From contig JBFMHM010000001.1 of assembly GCA_040753015.1 (NCBI GenBank), forward strand, positions 8,193 through 72,192: a DNA stretch of 64,000 nt, in the 5' to 3' direction. Shown piece by piece: positions 1 through 9,921 of this stretch. Positions within the stretch are counted from its first letter, which is position 1; every line of letters starts with the position of its first letter. Under the pieces are notes generated by a model. That model was given only the letters and a program-made list of their open reading frames with translations, searched no databases and had not been told where the DNA came from. A program made the position numbers and the translations under genes. Origin of the DNA: Candidatus Omnitrophota bacterium (GTDB taxonomy: Bacteria > Omnitrophota > Gorgyraeia > Gygaellales > JBFMHM01).

Positions 1-44
1 TAGAAGCCTTAACAACGTTTACATTAAAAATAGTTAGCTTACAA

Positions 45-608
45 ATGATTATATTTGGAATAATACTTATTTCTGTGTATTTTTTCTGTCGACATTGCAT
101 AAAAAAACAACTCAAAGAAATAAAATTAGAAAGTAACTATCGGAAAGAAAAAATATTAGTTACTTTGTCATCTATAAGCGTTGCCATATTAACATTGTTT
201 TTTTTACTTAATAAACCGGATTATTATTCAGAGCACTTCTATTTTAATCGCAATGCACCTACTCAGGAAATGATTAAATTTATGGATTACAAGATTCTAA
301 AAGAATTTAATAAAAATAAAGTCGTTGATGTAATAGTTACTTATAATTCAGACATTATAACTGCTATTACGAAACGCAAATCAAATATAAACGATGATAA
401 AGACATAAAAGAAGCTATAAAAAGAAAGTTTATAGATGATTACTTTGTTCTCTCGTTAGGAAAAGATAATATAACTAAAGTTAGCCTATGTACTTACTAT
501 AGCGATTCTTTTACTGCTAAATTGACAAAAATTGGTTACAAGAAATTAAAGAAAAATAAATATATTCGATCAATAGAATTACAAGATACCAATCTTTACG
601 ACAAATAA
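45..608 (+). CDS. Hypothetical membrane-anchored protein
   Basis: 187-aa ORF with two N-terminal hydrophobic segments; no family motif recognised. Confidence 0.6.
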   Translation: MIIFGIILISVYFFCRHCIKKQLKEIKLESNYRKEKILVTLSSISVAILTLFFLLNKPDYYSEHFYFNRNAPTQEMIKFMDYKILKEFNKNKVVDVIVTYNSDIITAITKRKSNINDDKDIKEAIKRKFIDDYFVLSLGKDNITKVSLCTYYSDSFTAKLTKIGYKKLKKNKYIRSIELQDTNLYDK

Positions 609-622
609 AATAATTTAAAAAT

Positions 623-2017
623 ATGTACGAGACAGTAATCGGGCTTGAAGTCCACGTGCAACTAAAAACAAATACGAAGAATTTTTGCTCTTGTTCTGCT
701 GAATTTGGTGCACCAGCAAATTCTCACTGCTGCCCAGTTTGTTTAGGCTTACCAGGAAGCTTGCCTGTCTTAAACAGCAAAGCTATACAACTTGGAATTA
801 AGGTTGGCCTTGCATTAAATTGCAAAGTTGCAAACTATATTAAATTTGATCGGAAAAATTATTTTTATCCTGACCTACCTAAAAATTATCAAATATCACA
901 ATTCGATATGCCTATTGCCGAAAACGGAAAATTAGGCGAAATTGGCGTGAAACGAGTACACCTAGAAGAAGATGCCGGAAAATTAATACATGAAGGGAAT
1001 TCAAGTTTAGTAGACTTAAATAGAGCTGGAATGCCGCTTTTAGAAATTGTAAGTGAACCAGATATTAATTCACCAGAAATTGCTTATGAATATTTAACTA
1101 ACCTAAAAGCTATATTACGATATTTAGAAGTTTCTGATTGTGATATGGAAAAAGGTACGCTTCGTTGTGACGCAAATATTTCTATAAGAAAAATTGGCGA
1201 AAAAGAACTTGGCACAAAGACTGAGATTAAAAATTTAAATTCGTTTAAAGCTGTACGCCAGGCATTAGACTACGAAGCAAAACGGCAAATTAAAGAAATT
1301 GAAACAGGCAATAGGATTGTGCAAGAGACACGGCTTTGGGATGACGCAAGAGAAATCACTGTCTCAATGCGTTCAAAAGAAGAAGCGCACGATTACAGGT
1401 ATTTTCCTGAGCCAGACCTCCCGCCATTTATTTTTGACGACAATCAAATCCAAGCAATTAAGAATAGCATACCCGAATTGCCAAAAGAGAAAAAAAATAG
1501 ATTTATTCAAGGCTTCGGACTCTCTGAAAAAGATGCTGAGGTTTTAACCAGTGATAAAAAAATAGCTGATTTTTTTGAAGAAACACTAAAAACATACAAT
1601 AAACCAAAGAATATTTGCAATTGGATTATCGGACCGCTTCTAAGCGAGCTAAACACAAGAAATTTAACAATTGAAACGCTAGGAATTACAAGTCAAGCGT
1701 TAATTGAGCTAATCGAATTTGTCGAAAGCGGAAAAATCAGCAATCTAAAAGGAAAAGAAGCGTTAACCAAAATGCTTGACACAAAAAAATCTGCAAAAGA
1801 AATTATTTCCGAGCTTGGACTCGAACAAATTTCTGATACAGGACAATTACAAACAATTGTTGAAGCAATCATAGCACAAAATGCAAAAAGCGTTTCTGAT
1901 TATAAAAATGGTAACGAAAATGCAATTATGTTTTTAGTTGGCCAGGTAATGAGGCAATCAAAAGGTAAAGCCAACCCAATTGTTGTTAAGGAATTATTAA
2001 AAAATACGCTGAATTGA
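623..2017 (+). CDS. gatB: Asp-tRNA(Asn)/Glu-tRNA(Gln) amidotransferase subunit B
   Basis: IGLEVHVQL, FDRKNYFYPDLPKNYQISQ, HLEEDAGK and DYRYFPEPDL motifs. Confidence 0.98.
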   Translation: MYETVIGLEVHVQLKTNTKNFCSCSAEFGAPANSHCCPVCLGLPGSLPVLNSKAIQLGIKVGLALNCKVANYIKFDRKNYFYPDLPKNYQISQFDMPIAENGKLGEIGVKRVHLEEDAGKLIHEGNSSLVDLNRAGMPLLEIVSEPDINSPEIAYEYLTNLKAILRYLEVSDCDMEKGTLRCDANISIRKIGEKELGTKTEIKNLNSFKAVRQALDYEAKRQIKEIETGNRIVQETRLWDDAREITVSMRSKEEAHDYRYFPEPDLPPFIFDDNQIQAIKNSIPELPKEKKNRFIQGFGLSEKDAEVLTSDKKIADFFEETLKTYNKPKNICNWIIGPLLSELNTRNLTIETLGITSQALIELIEFVESGKISNLKGKEALTKMLDTKKSAKEIISELGLEQISDTGQLQTIVEAIIAQNAKSVSDYKNGNENAIMFLVGQVMRQSKGKANPIVVKELLKNTLN

Positions 2018-2022
2018 GCGTC

Positions 2023-2051
2023 TTGACAATACAACTATTTAGTTGTATAAT
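2023..2051 (+). promoter_or_regulatory. Sigma70 promoter with palindromic operator for the toxin-antitoxin operon
   Basis: TTGACA (2023-2028), 17 bp, TATAAT (2046-2051); inverted repeat ATACAACTA-TT-TAGTTGTAT (2029-2048) fills the spacer. Confidence 0.85.
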
Positions 2052-2077
2052 TTAATTGAGCATAAAAGGAAAATACT

Positions 2078-2428
2078 TTGAGCAATATTAGCTGTTTTTA
2101 CTATCTGACTGAATCTGGTAGATCTCAAGTAAAAGATTTTATTGATTCGCTAGACCAAAGAACTCAAAGAAAATTTTTCTTTATAAAAGGCCTACTGGAA
2201 GAATTTGGTAGGAGCTTGCCAGAACCACACGCAAAACATATAGGCAACGAGATATTTGAATTACGGTTTAGAGGCCAAAAAGGCAACGTTAGAATAATGT
2301 ATTTCTTTTTTCATCACGACAAAGTAATATTTACTAACGGCTTTATTAAAAAAACCAATAAAGCCCCTAAAAAAGAGATAAATACGGCAATTGAACGCAA
2401 AAAGTCATTTTTAGAAAGGCATAAATAA
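2078..2428 (+). CDS. RelE/ParE-family (HigB/Gp49-like) type II toxin
   Basis: IFELRF...RIMYFF...FTNGFIKKTNKAP pattern; toxin-first arrangement upstream of an HTH gene. Confidence 0.85.
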   Translation: MSNISCFYYLTESGRSQVKDFIDSLDQRTQRKFFFIKGLLEEFGRSLPEPHAKHIGNEIFELRFRGQKGNVRIMYFFFHHDKVIFTNGFIKKTNKAPKKEINTAIERKKSFLERHK

Positions 2429-2439
2429 AGAGGTGCAAG

Positions 2440-2784
2440 ATGGATATAGAAAAAGTGGATGAACATCTTAAAGAAAAATTAAAGAATCCTTACTTTAAAG
2501 AACTTCATGAGCTCGAAGAACAAAAACTAGGTATTGTTAAAAGAATAATTAGCTACAGGATTAAAAACAATCTTAGCCAAAAGGAATTGGCAAGAAAAAT
2601 AAAGATTACTCAGCAACACATTTCTAAGATCGAAAATGGAGATTTTAGTAGTATAATTACTCTTGAAAAAGTTCTATTAGCCGTTGGTTACACGGTTAGG
2701 ATTAGCGCTGTACCTCTTAACCAAAAAATACGAGACAATATTGAGCACATAATAGCTCAAAATAAATTACAATTCGCTTCATAA
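2440..2784 (+). CDS. XRE-family HTH antitoxin (HigA-like)
   Basis: LSQKELARKIKITQQHISKIENG helix-turn-helix; directly follows the toxin gene. Confidence 0.85.
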   Translation: MDIEKVDEHLKEKLKNPYFKELHELEEQKLGIVKRIISYRIKNNLSQKELARKIKITQQHISKIENGDFSSIITLEKVLLAVGYTVRISAVPLNQKIRDNIEHIIAQNKLQFAS

Positions 2785-2787
2785 TAT

Positions 2788-2815
2788 AATTGTCGTATCA
2801 GCGATACGACAATTT
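2788..2815. terminator. Hairpin after the TA operon, possible terminator
   Basis: AATTGTCGTATC-AGC-GATACGACAATT perfect 12-bp stem; weak U-tract. Confidence 0.5.
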
Positions 2816-2872
2816 AAAAACACAAATAGCATCGTATAACTAGCAAAAGATATTTTAACAAGAGGGGGCTGA

Positions 2873-3589
2873 GTGAAAAGACGGATAGCAATTTTTGGTT
2901 TTATACTCTTATCTATTTTTATTTGTAGAAGTTTTTGTTTTGCGGAAACAGCGTTATCATCAAATGGTAAGCCCGATGATCCAGTATTTCGTGTTGGTTC
3001 CGAAACAATCTACCAAAAAGATATTAATCCATCTGAAGTAGAGATTAAACAAGCTAAAGTTAGGTATACGCAAGAACAATTTAATAATTGGTATTGGTCG
3101 TATAGAACAGGGAAGGCATTTAGCCTAATTAATGATAAAATGATGGAATTATTCTGTCAAAACGCAAATTGCAAATTAGACGAAAAATATGTTACCGAAT
3201 GGCAGACATTTTTGGATAACTCAGTAAAAAACATGGGATTACCTCAAGATGAAAAATCTAGATCAACCCTAGAGATGATGTTCGGAGGAAAACCGTCTAA
3301 TTGGCAAAAAAACAAAGCTCTTTATGAACGTTATGGTGGTAAAATTTATTTTGGCAATCTCGGCTATTACGAGCCAGTAGAAGCACGCTTAAACTTATTT
3401 AACGAAATGGAAAGTAGTGGTAAAATAGAGTTTTACAATCAAGATATTCGTAATAGTATACTGGAGTATTTTAAACGCTCTATGTCAGGTGCTATTGAAA
3501 ACGATAGCGCATTACAAAAACAGACCGGCATGAGTAACCCTTGGGAACGCCCATACTGGAGTAGTGAAGTACAAAAACAGAGCAAATAA
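2873..3589 (+). CDS. Secreted hypothetical protein
   Basis: GTG start with AGAGGGGG RBS; signal peptide MKRRIAIFGFILLSIFICRSFCFA. Confidence 0.75.
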   Translation: MKRRIAIFGFILLSIFICRSFCFAETALSSNGKPDDPVFRVGSETIYQKDINPSEVEIKQAKVRYTQEQFNNWYWSYRTGKAFSLINDKMMELFCQNANCKLDEKYVTEWQTFLDNSVKNMGLPQDEKSRSTLEMMFGGKPSNWQKNKALYERYGGKIYFGNLGYYEPVEARLNLFNEMESSGKIEFYNQDIRNSILEYFKRSMSGAIENDSALQKQTGMSNPWERPYWSSEVQKQSK

Positions 3590-3593
3590 TACT

Positions 3594-5600
3594 ATGAATG
3601 AATTTAAAAAAGAAATAGATAAAATTAAACAAGAATTACTAAAATTGACAGCTCGCCTAAATAATTTAGAGGCAACATTTGGCGTTAAGGAACCCGAGAA
3701 ATCACCCTCAAAAACACAGCCTGAAGCTAAAATATTAGCCCCTAAAATAATCCTAGAAGAAGAAGTAGCAACTCACCCAAAAATCGACATTGAGCTAAAA
3801 TTTGGTAAATTCTGGTTAAATAAGATTGGCATTGTAATATTCGCTATGGGAATAGCTTTTCTTATTACCTATACATTCAAATATTTTGGCCCATTTATAA
3901 AGATTCTATTTGGCTATTTAATTGGCGGAGCTTTGTTTTATTTTGGAACAAAAATAGAAAAAAATGAGAAGTTTAAAAACTATGGACACGTGCTTTTAGG
4001 TGGTGGATGGGCTATCATATACTTCACTACTTATGCTATGCATCATTTTGAGGCTTCGCGCATACTAACTAGTAAATTAATTGATATATTTTTTCTTACG
4101 CTTGTAGCATTAGGGATCATTAAATATTCACTAAAATATAAATCCGAAGAACTTACATCAATAACCCTAATTATAGGATATATAACAGCCATATTAGGAA
4201 ATATTGGTTATTTCACACTCGTAAATTCTCTAATTTTAGCAATTATCGCAATAATATTAGTTTATAAATTTAAATGGACGCGAACAATATTTCTAGGAAT
4301 AATCTCGACTTATTTGTTACACGTAATATGGCTACAAGATAAAGTAAATTATTCTTTTATACTTAATGCTGGATTTTTATGTATTTATTGGCTTTTATTT
4401 ACTACGAGTATCCATTTGATTAAATCCAACGAAAAAAATATATTTAATAAATTGGCTATTGCTAACTTTATGAATTTCATTCTTTTCTTTTTTATGTTTT
4501 ATCCTAAATTCATTAAGTTTCATCCAATAAATAAGTTTGATTTTATATTTGCATTAGGCATAATTTACAGCTCCATAGCTTTAATTGTAAGAAAAACTAA
4601 TAACACTAAATTATTTTCAAGTAATATAATTATAGCTGTATCGCTTTTAACATTAGCAATACCATTAAAATTCATGCCGTTTCACGCTAGAATAATTTGG
4701 TCTATAGAATTACCTTTTCTATTGTTATGTGGCATAATATTCAATCTACCTATATTTAGATATTTAGCTTTTGCTTTAATGTTCTTTAATCTATTCGATT
4801 TCTTAAACCAAACATCTTATATTGGTTTTCTTTCATTTTTAGGCTTTGTTTCAACAGCATTATGCTACCTTGTACATAAGAATCAGAGAAACAAGCAGGC
4901 TTTAAGCTTTTCTGAAGTCAAGATAGTACAAAATTTCTACTCAGCTGTATCTATAATTTATCTGATCTTTTTAAGCTGCAAAAACCTTCCACAAGAATGG
5001 GCTACTCTTGGTTTAACTGTAGAATACCTATTTATATTTATATGCGGATACATGTTATTAGACAAATATCTACGGATATATTCACTTATACTACTTGCAA
5101 ACTTAATAATACCACTACTCGAATTCCATGAGCTCTATATGAATAACCCAAAAATTATGTTTTTTCTGTTAAATTCCAATGTACTGACAACAATTCTTGC
5201 AATCATATCCACAAGTATTATCTATTTCTTATATAAACGATTAAATAAACGCGCACTCCTAGATTCTAGAGAGCAGTGGCTGGTAAATAGTGTATTTTTT
5301 ACCGCATTACTTTTATTAATTATCTTGATTTTTCGGTTTGTCATGGATTCGTGGATATCTGTTGTTCTGGGTTTATCAGGTATAATGGCGATTTCAATCG
5401 GGCTTATCTTTAAAGATAAGCTATTTAGACTTGGCGGATTTATTATTTTTTTCATTACATTAACAAGAATTGCCTTTTTTGACTTGGCTGGATTAACCAT
5501 AATCTACAAAATTATTAGTTTTATTATACTTGGCGTAATATTTTTAGCAGTTTCTTTTATTTATACAAAATATAATATTCCAAAATTGGAGAAAAAATGA
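3594..5600 (+). CDS. DUF2339-like polytopic membrane protein
   Basis: N-terminal coiled coil, then IELKFGKFWLNKIG and many TM helices; ATG at 3594 preferred to the overlapping GTG at 3564. Confidence 0.8.
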   Translation: MNEFKKEIDKIKQELLKLTARLNNLEATFGVKEPEKSPSKTQPEAKILAPKIILEEEVATHPKIDIELKFGKFWLNKIGIVIFAMGIAFLITYTFKYFGPFIKILFGYLIGGALFYFGTKIEKNEKFKNYGHVLLGGGWAIIYFTTYAMHHFEASRILTSKLIDIFFLTLVALGIIKYSLKYKSEELTSITLIIGYITAILGNIGYFTLVNSLILAIIAIILVYKFKWTRTIFLGIISTYLLHVIWLQDKVNYSFILNAGFLCIYWLLFTTSIHLIKSNEKNIFNKLAIANFMNFILFFFMFYPKFIKFHPINKFDFIFALGIIYSSIALIVRKTNNTKLFSSNIIIAVSLLTLAIPLKFMPFHARIIWSIELPFLLLCGIIFNLPIFRYLAFALMFFNLFDFLNQTSYIGFLSFLGFVSTALCYLVHKNQRNKQALSFSEVKIVQNFYSAVSIIYLIFLSCKNLPQEWATLGLTVEYLFIFICGYMLLDKYLRIYSLILLANLIIPLLEFHELYMNNPKIMFFLLNSNVLTTILAIISTSIIYFLYKRLNKRALLDSREQWLVNSVFFTALLLLIILIFRFVMDSWISVVLGLSGIMAISIGLIFKDKLFRLGGFIIFFITLTRIAFFDLAGLTIIYKIISFIILGVIFLAVSFIYTKYNIPKLEKK

Positions 5601-6868
5601 AAAGACGGATAGCAGTAGCGGGATTTATAATTTTATCTATTTTTATTATTTGTAATTTATGCTTTTCTGCTGACATAACAAGGCAATCAAAGGATGAATT
5701 ATATCAAAATATTGAATTATTCTCTGACGCAATTACTTTAATACAGAGTGATTATGTTGATGAAAAAGCGCCAAAAGACCTTATTTATGGCGCATTGCAA
5801 GGAATGCTTTCTTCGCTTGATCCACACAGTCAATTTCTTACGCCAGATGAATTTAAAGATCTTAAAATTGATACATCCGGAAAATTTGGCGGGCTAGGTA
5901 TTGAACTTGGAATAAAAGATGGGCTTCTGACAATAATAACTCCACTCGAGGATGCGCCTGCCTGGCGCGCCGGCGTAAAAGCAGGAGATCGAATCGTAAA
6001 AATTGATGGCCAATCAACAAGGCAACTAACACTTGATGATGCGGTAAAAAAATTGCGCGGTAAACCGGGAACAGAAGTAACAATCACGGTCTTAAGAGAA
6101 AAGGAAGACAAGTTCCTCGATATTAAAATTGTGCGCGATATTATAAAAATAAAAGATATTAAAGATGCGCAAATTTTAGAAGATAATATTGGCTATATTA
6201 GATTAATTGAATTTAGAGAAAATACGGCTAGAGATTTAAATTCAACTCTTGAGCGGCTCACAAAAGAAGGAATGAATGGCCTAATTCTAGATTTACGCAA
6301 TAACCCCGGCGGGCTACTTGACGCGGCAGTAGATGTAACTAGCGAATTTATCGAGCCGCAAAGAATAATTGTTACAACAAAAGGAAGAATTGAAAGACAG
6401 AATTTAGAACTTAAATCTAATTTTTCGAATCCTTACCTTAGTATGCCTATGGTCGTGCTTATAAATCAAGGTTCTGCTTCTGGAAGCGAAATACTTGCTG
6501 GATGCCTACAAGATTATAAACGCGCAATCATCCTAGGAGAACAAAGTTTTGGTAAAGGATCAGTTCAAACAGTCATACCGCTTCCCGATGGATCAGCGCT
6601 TAGACTTACGACTAGTAAATATTTTACTCCTCTCGGACAAACAATCCATGGCAAAGGCATCACTCCTGATATTATCGTAGAATCAACAGAAGTTGTAACT
6701 GAAAAAGAACAAGAAAATGATATAAAAGAGGAAACATTCAGAAAACTTGACAATAAATCTTCAAAAGAAGAAACTCTCAAACCAAGAGAATATAAATCTG
6801 ATTTTCAGATTAGACAGGCAATCGACCTTATAAAAGGAATCCGTATTTATAAAGAACAGGTAAAATGA
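5597..6868 (+). CDS. ctpA: Carboxy-terminal processing protease (S41A)
   Basis: LDPHS, PDZ region, DLRNNPGG, SASGSE and FGKGSVQ motifs. Confidence 0.95.
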   Translation: MKRRIAVAGFIILSIFIICNLCFSADITRQSKDELYQNIELFSDAITLIQSDYVDEKAPKDLIYGALQGMLSSLDPHSQFLTPDEFKDLKIDTSGKFGGLGIELGIKDGLLTIITPLEDAPAWRAGVKAGDRIVKIDGQSTRQLTLDDAVKKLRGKPGTEVTITVLREKEDKFLDIKIVRDIIKIKDIKDAQILEDNIGYIRLIEFRENTARDLNSTLERLTKEGMNGLILDLRNNPGGLLDAAVDVTSEFIEPQRIIVTTKGRIERQNLELKSNFSNPYLSMPMVVLINQGSASGSEILAGCLQDYKRAIILGEQSFGKGSVQTVIPLPDGSALRLTTSKYFTPLGQTIHGKGITPDIIVESTEVVTEKEQENDIKEETFRKLDNKSSKEETLKPREYKSDFQIRQAIDLIKGIRIYKEQVK

Positions 6869-7692
6869 AAAAAAGAAAACCTAAACATAACAATTCTTTA
6901 TTACTAACGGTAATCGTTATAATTTTAGCTATAATGGCTACAATTATAATTTTAAACAGACCTAAAAAAGTTGTTCCAATAAAAATAATAAAGAAAAAAC
7001 CAGAAATTATGCAAGTGGCACTCGGCCCAAAAATAGCTTTTGTGCTTGACGATTGGGGATACAATTTAAAAAATGAAAAATTTATAAAAGATAAAAATAT
7101 GCCTTTTACACTTGCGATTTTACCTAATTTAAAATATTCAACAACCGTTGCTAAACTTGCATATGCTCATAATAAAGAGATTGTTTTGCATCTTCCGCTC
7201 GAGCCAAAAAATAAACAAGATGGCGCCTTAGAGAATAACACTATTTTAACGACAATGGATAAGGATAAAATTCAATCTATTTTAATTAATGATTTAAAAA
7301 CCGTTCCTCATGCAAAAGGAGCTTCAAATCATCAAGGATCACGTGCAACTGAAGATGAAAAAATAATGGCATATATATTCAATATTATAAAGAAACGAAA
7401 TCTCTATTTTCTTGATAGCCGCTCTACCCAAGATTCTATCTGTCGGGAACTTTCAAAAAAGATGAAAGTAAGGTTTGCCGAACGCGCAGTATTTATAGAT
7501 AATAAAAATGAATTGGATTATATTAAATCGCAAATTAGGCAGTTAATGAGAATTGCAAAAGTAAGAAAAGCAGCTATTGGGATAGGACATGATCGCGAAT
7601 TAACTTTACAAGCAATAAAAGAAATGCTACCTGAAATTAAAAAACAAGGCATCAAATTAGTATTTGTTTCACAGATTCTTAAAAAATGGTAG
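6865..7692 (+). CDS. Divergent polysaccharide deacetylase
   Basis: LDDWG, LHLPLEP, NHQGS, FLDSRS and IGH motifs; usual neighbour of ctpA. Confidence 0.9.
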   Translation: MKKRKPKHNNSLLLTVIVIILAIMATIIILNRPKKVVPIKIIKKKPEIMQVALGPKIAFVLDDWGYNLKNEKFIKDKNMPFTLAILPNLKYSTTVAKLAYAHNKEIVLHLPLEPKNKQDGALENNTILTTMDKDKIQSILINDLKTVPHAKGASNHQGSRATEDEKIMAYIFNIIKKRNLYFLDSRSTQDSICRELSKKMKVRFAERAVFIDNKNELDYIKSQIRQLMRIAKVRKAAIGIGHDRELTLQAIKEMLPEIKKQGIKLVFVSQILKKW

Positions 7693-8648
7693 TCTTAGGC
7701 ATAGAAACATCTTGCGATGAAACCGCAGCAAGCATAGTGAAAAATGGGAAAATCGTTCTTTCAAATAGCGTAAAATCAAGCCTTATTGAACATAAAAAAT
7801 ATGGTGGAGTGATTCCGGAAATTGCATCAAGAATGCATGTAGAAGTTATTGATTACGTGATAAAAGACGCATTAAATATGGCTGGTACAAAATTAGAAGA
7901 TGTTGATTTAATCGCAACGACTTTTGAACCAGGGTTGCCAGGATCGTTGTTAATCGGAACATCATTTGCAAAAGCAATGAGTTTTGCCCTAAATTTAAAA
8001 CTTATTAAGGTAAATCATGTTCATGCGCATCTGTACGCAGCATTTTTAGAAAAACCCAGGCCTAAATTGCCTTCAATAGGGCTTGTAATATCAGGAGGCC
8101 ATTCAAGTATTTTTAAGATTAGCCCTAGTTTTAAATTTCAACTACTTGCTTCAACACAAGACGATGCTATCGGGGAAGCGTTTGATAAAGTGGCAAAAAT
8201 ACTCGGCCTAAGTTATCCCGGTGGGCCGATGATAGAAAAACTTGCAAAATTAGGCGATGAAAATCGCTTTAAATTTATTACATCGAAAAATAGCAATAAA
8301 GATTTTAGCTTCAGCGGAATAAAAACTGCTGTGCTTTATAAAGTAAATGAATTGAAACATAATAAGGTTAATAAAAAATGGCTATGCGATATCGCTGCGT
8401 CTTTCCAAAGAGAAGCTGTTAACATTATCGTAGAAAAAACTATTTTTAATTGCTTATCTAGAAAAATTAACCGTTTAGTTGTTGGCGGCGGCGTAGCAAG
8501 TAATACCTACTTAAGAACAAAATTAAAAGAAAAGGCTGATATGCATAAAATTAAATTACATATCCCTGATAAAAAACTATGCTTAGACAACGCTGCCATG
8601 GTTGCAGGATTAGGTTATCACATATATAAGGAGAGGATAAATAAATGA
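7686..8648 (+). CDS. tsaD: tRNA N6-threonylcarbamoyladenosine synthesis protein TsaD
   Basis: LGIETSCDET, HVHAH, SGGH, DDAIGEAFDK and DNAAMVA motifs. Confidence 0.97.
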   Translation: MVVLGIETSCDETAASIVKNGKIVLSNSVKSSLIEHKKYGGVIPEIASRMHVEVIDYVIKDALNMAGTKLEDVDLIATTFEPGLPGSLLIGTSFAKAMSFALNLKLIKVNHVHAHLYAAFLEKPRPKLPSIGLVISGGHSSIFKISPSFKFQLLASTQDDAIGEAFDKVAKILGLSYPGGPMIEKLAKLGDENRFKFITSKNSNKDFSFSGIKTAVLYKVNELKHNKVNKKWLCDIAASFQREAVNIIVEKTIFNCLSRKINRLVVGGGVASNTYLRTKLKEKADMHKIKLHIPDKKLCLDNAAMVAGLGYHIYKERINK

Positions 8649-9070
8649 TGCTGACAGATCAACAAATAATAGTTAGATTAATTGTATCGGTAATACTCAG
8701 CGGGCTAATAGGTTTTGAACGTGAACTCCATAAAAGAACTGCTGGTTTAAGAACACATATGCTGGTATGCGTAGGATCAACACTGATTATGTTGACATCC
8801 CTTTATGTTTTTGATATATATAATGCTACGGTTCCACTAGATCCAACAAGGATTGCCGCAGGCGTTGTTACTGGTATTGGTTTTCTAGGAGCAGGAGCAA
8901 TTTTACGCTCTCGTGAAGGAGCCGTGCAAGGATTAACCACAGCTGCAAGTATATGGGTAGTATCAGGCCTTGGCCTTGCAATAGGATGCGGATTTTATAC
9001 TGCAAGCTTCACTACCTGTGTATTAGTTCTATTTATTTTACATATTTTAAGATACCTAGAGCCTAAATAA
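8645..9070 (+). CDS. MgtC/SapB family membrane protein
   Basis: IGFERE, AGLRTH, GIGFLGAG and GLTTAA motifs. Confidence 0.93.
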   Translation: MMLTDQQIIVRLIVSVILSGLIGFERELHKRTAGLRTHMLVCVGSTLIMLTSLYVFDIYNATVPLDPTRIAAGVVTGIGFLGAGAILRSREGAVQGLTTAASIWVVSGLGLAIGCGFYTASFTTCVLVLFILHILRYLEPK

Positions 9071-9081
9071 AGGAGGGTAAA

Positions 9082-9597
9082 ATGGCATTAACCGATATTA
9101 TAAAAAGAAGAAAGGTTGCTGTAGAAAAAATTTTAGATGTTGATGCCAGCATGCAAGGATTACTCTCATTTAAAGACCCAGTAAATTTAAAAATTAACGG
9201 CAAATTCGAAGGAACGCTCGAGACAAAAGGAAATTTGACAATCAGCCAAGGCGCGGAAGTAAAAGCTGATATAAGCGGAGAAAATATCAGTATTGCCGGG
9301 AAAGTAACCGGAAAAATTATTGCGAAAGGTAAATTATTTTTAGCCCGCACCGCTACTGTATCCGGAGATATAAACCCAATAAAATTAGAAATTGAAGAAG
9401 GAGCAATTTTAGAAGGGAATTGTAAGATGTTAAACGAATTATTTAACGCTGATGAACTATCCAGATATCTTGAAATTGAAAAAGATTCTGTCTTGGAATG
9501 GGCAAGGTCTGGAAAAATTCCTGCCATAAAAGATGGCCCAGATTGGAAATTTGAAAGAAGAATAATCGATGACTGGGTCGCCAACGAAAGAACATAG
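9082..9597 (+). CDS. Bactofilin (polymer-forming cytoskeletal protein) fused to an excisionase-type HTH
   Basis: Beta-helix pattern (INGKFEG...AEVKADI...IAGKVTG...LEIEEGAILEGNC) followed by ADELSRYL...WARSGKIPAIKDGPDWKF. Confidence 0.85.
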   Translation: MALTDIIKRRKVAVEKILDVDASMQGLLSFKDPVNLKINGKFEGTLETKGNLTISQGAEVKADISGENISIAGKVTGKIIAKGKLFLARTATVSGDINPIKLEIEEGAILEGNCKMLNELFNADELSRYLEIEKDSVLEWARSGKIPAIKDGPDWKFERRIIDDWVANERT

Positions 9598-9618
9598 TTT
9601 ATTACTTAAAAAATATTT

Positions 9619-9921
9619 ATGTCTGAAAAATTACTCACAGTTAGAGAAGTAGCTCAAATTTTGCATATAACCGAAAAAGAAGTACTCGATTTGAGCGAAA
9701 ATGGCGCCCTACCAGCTTATAAGATAGCCGGGGTTTACCTAAGATATAAACAGGATCAAGTTGAATCTTATAAAAAAGCACATTTTCTAGAAAATAAACA
9801 TAAGATCCTGCCAAAATTAACTATATCTGATAAATTCAAAGATTTTATATACTTTAATGACTTCTATATTATCTGTGGAGTAGTTATTATAATCATGCTT
9901 TATATTATTTTAAAAGGTTAA
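9619..9921 (+). CDS. Excisionase-type HTH protein with C-terminal TM anchor
   Basis: LLTVREVAQIL...GALPAYKIAG...LRY; hydrophobic C-terminus FYIICGVVIIIMLYIIL. Confidence 0.8.
   Translation: MSEKLLTVREVAQILHITEKEVLDLSENGALPAYKIAGVYLRYKQDQVESYKKAHFLENKHKILPKLTISDKFKDFIYFNDFYIICGVVIIIMLYIILKG

Noticed and set aside
9082-9921. Prophage or integrative element suggested by excisionase-like HTH domains
   Set aside because: No integrase, att-like repeats or phage genes; the genes are tightly packed in a housekeeping operon
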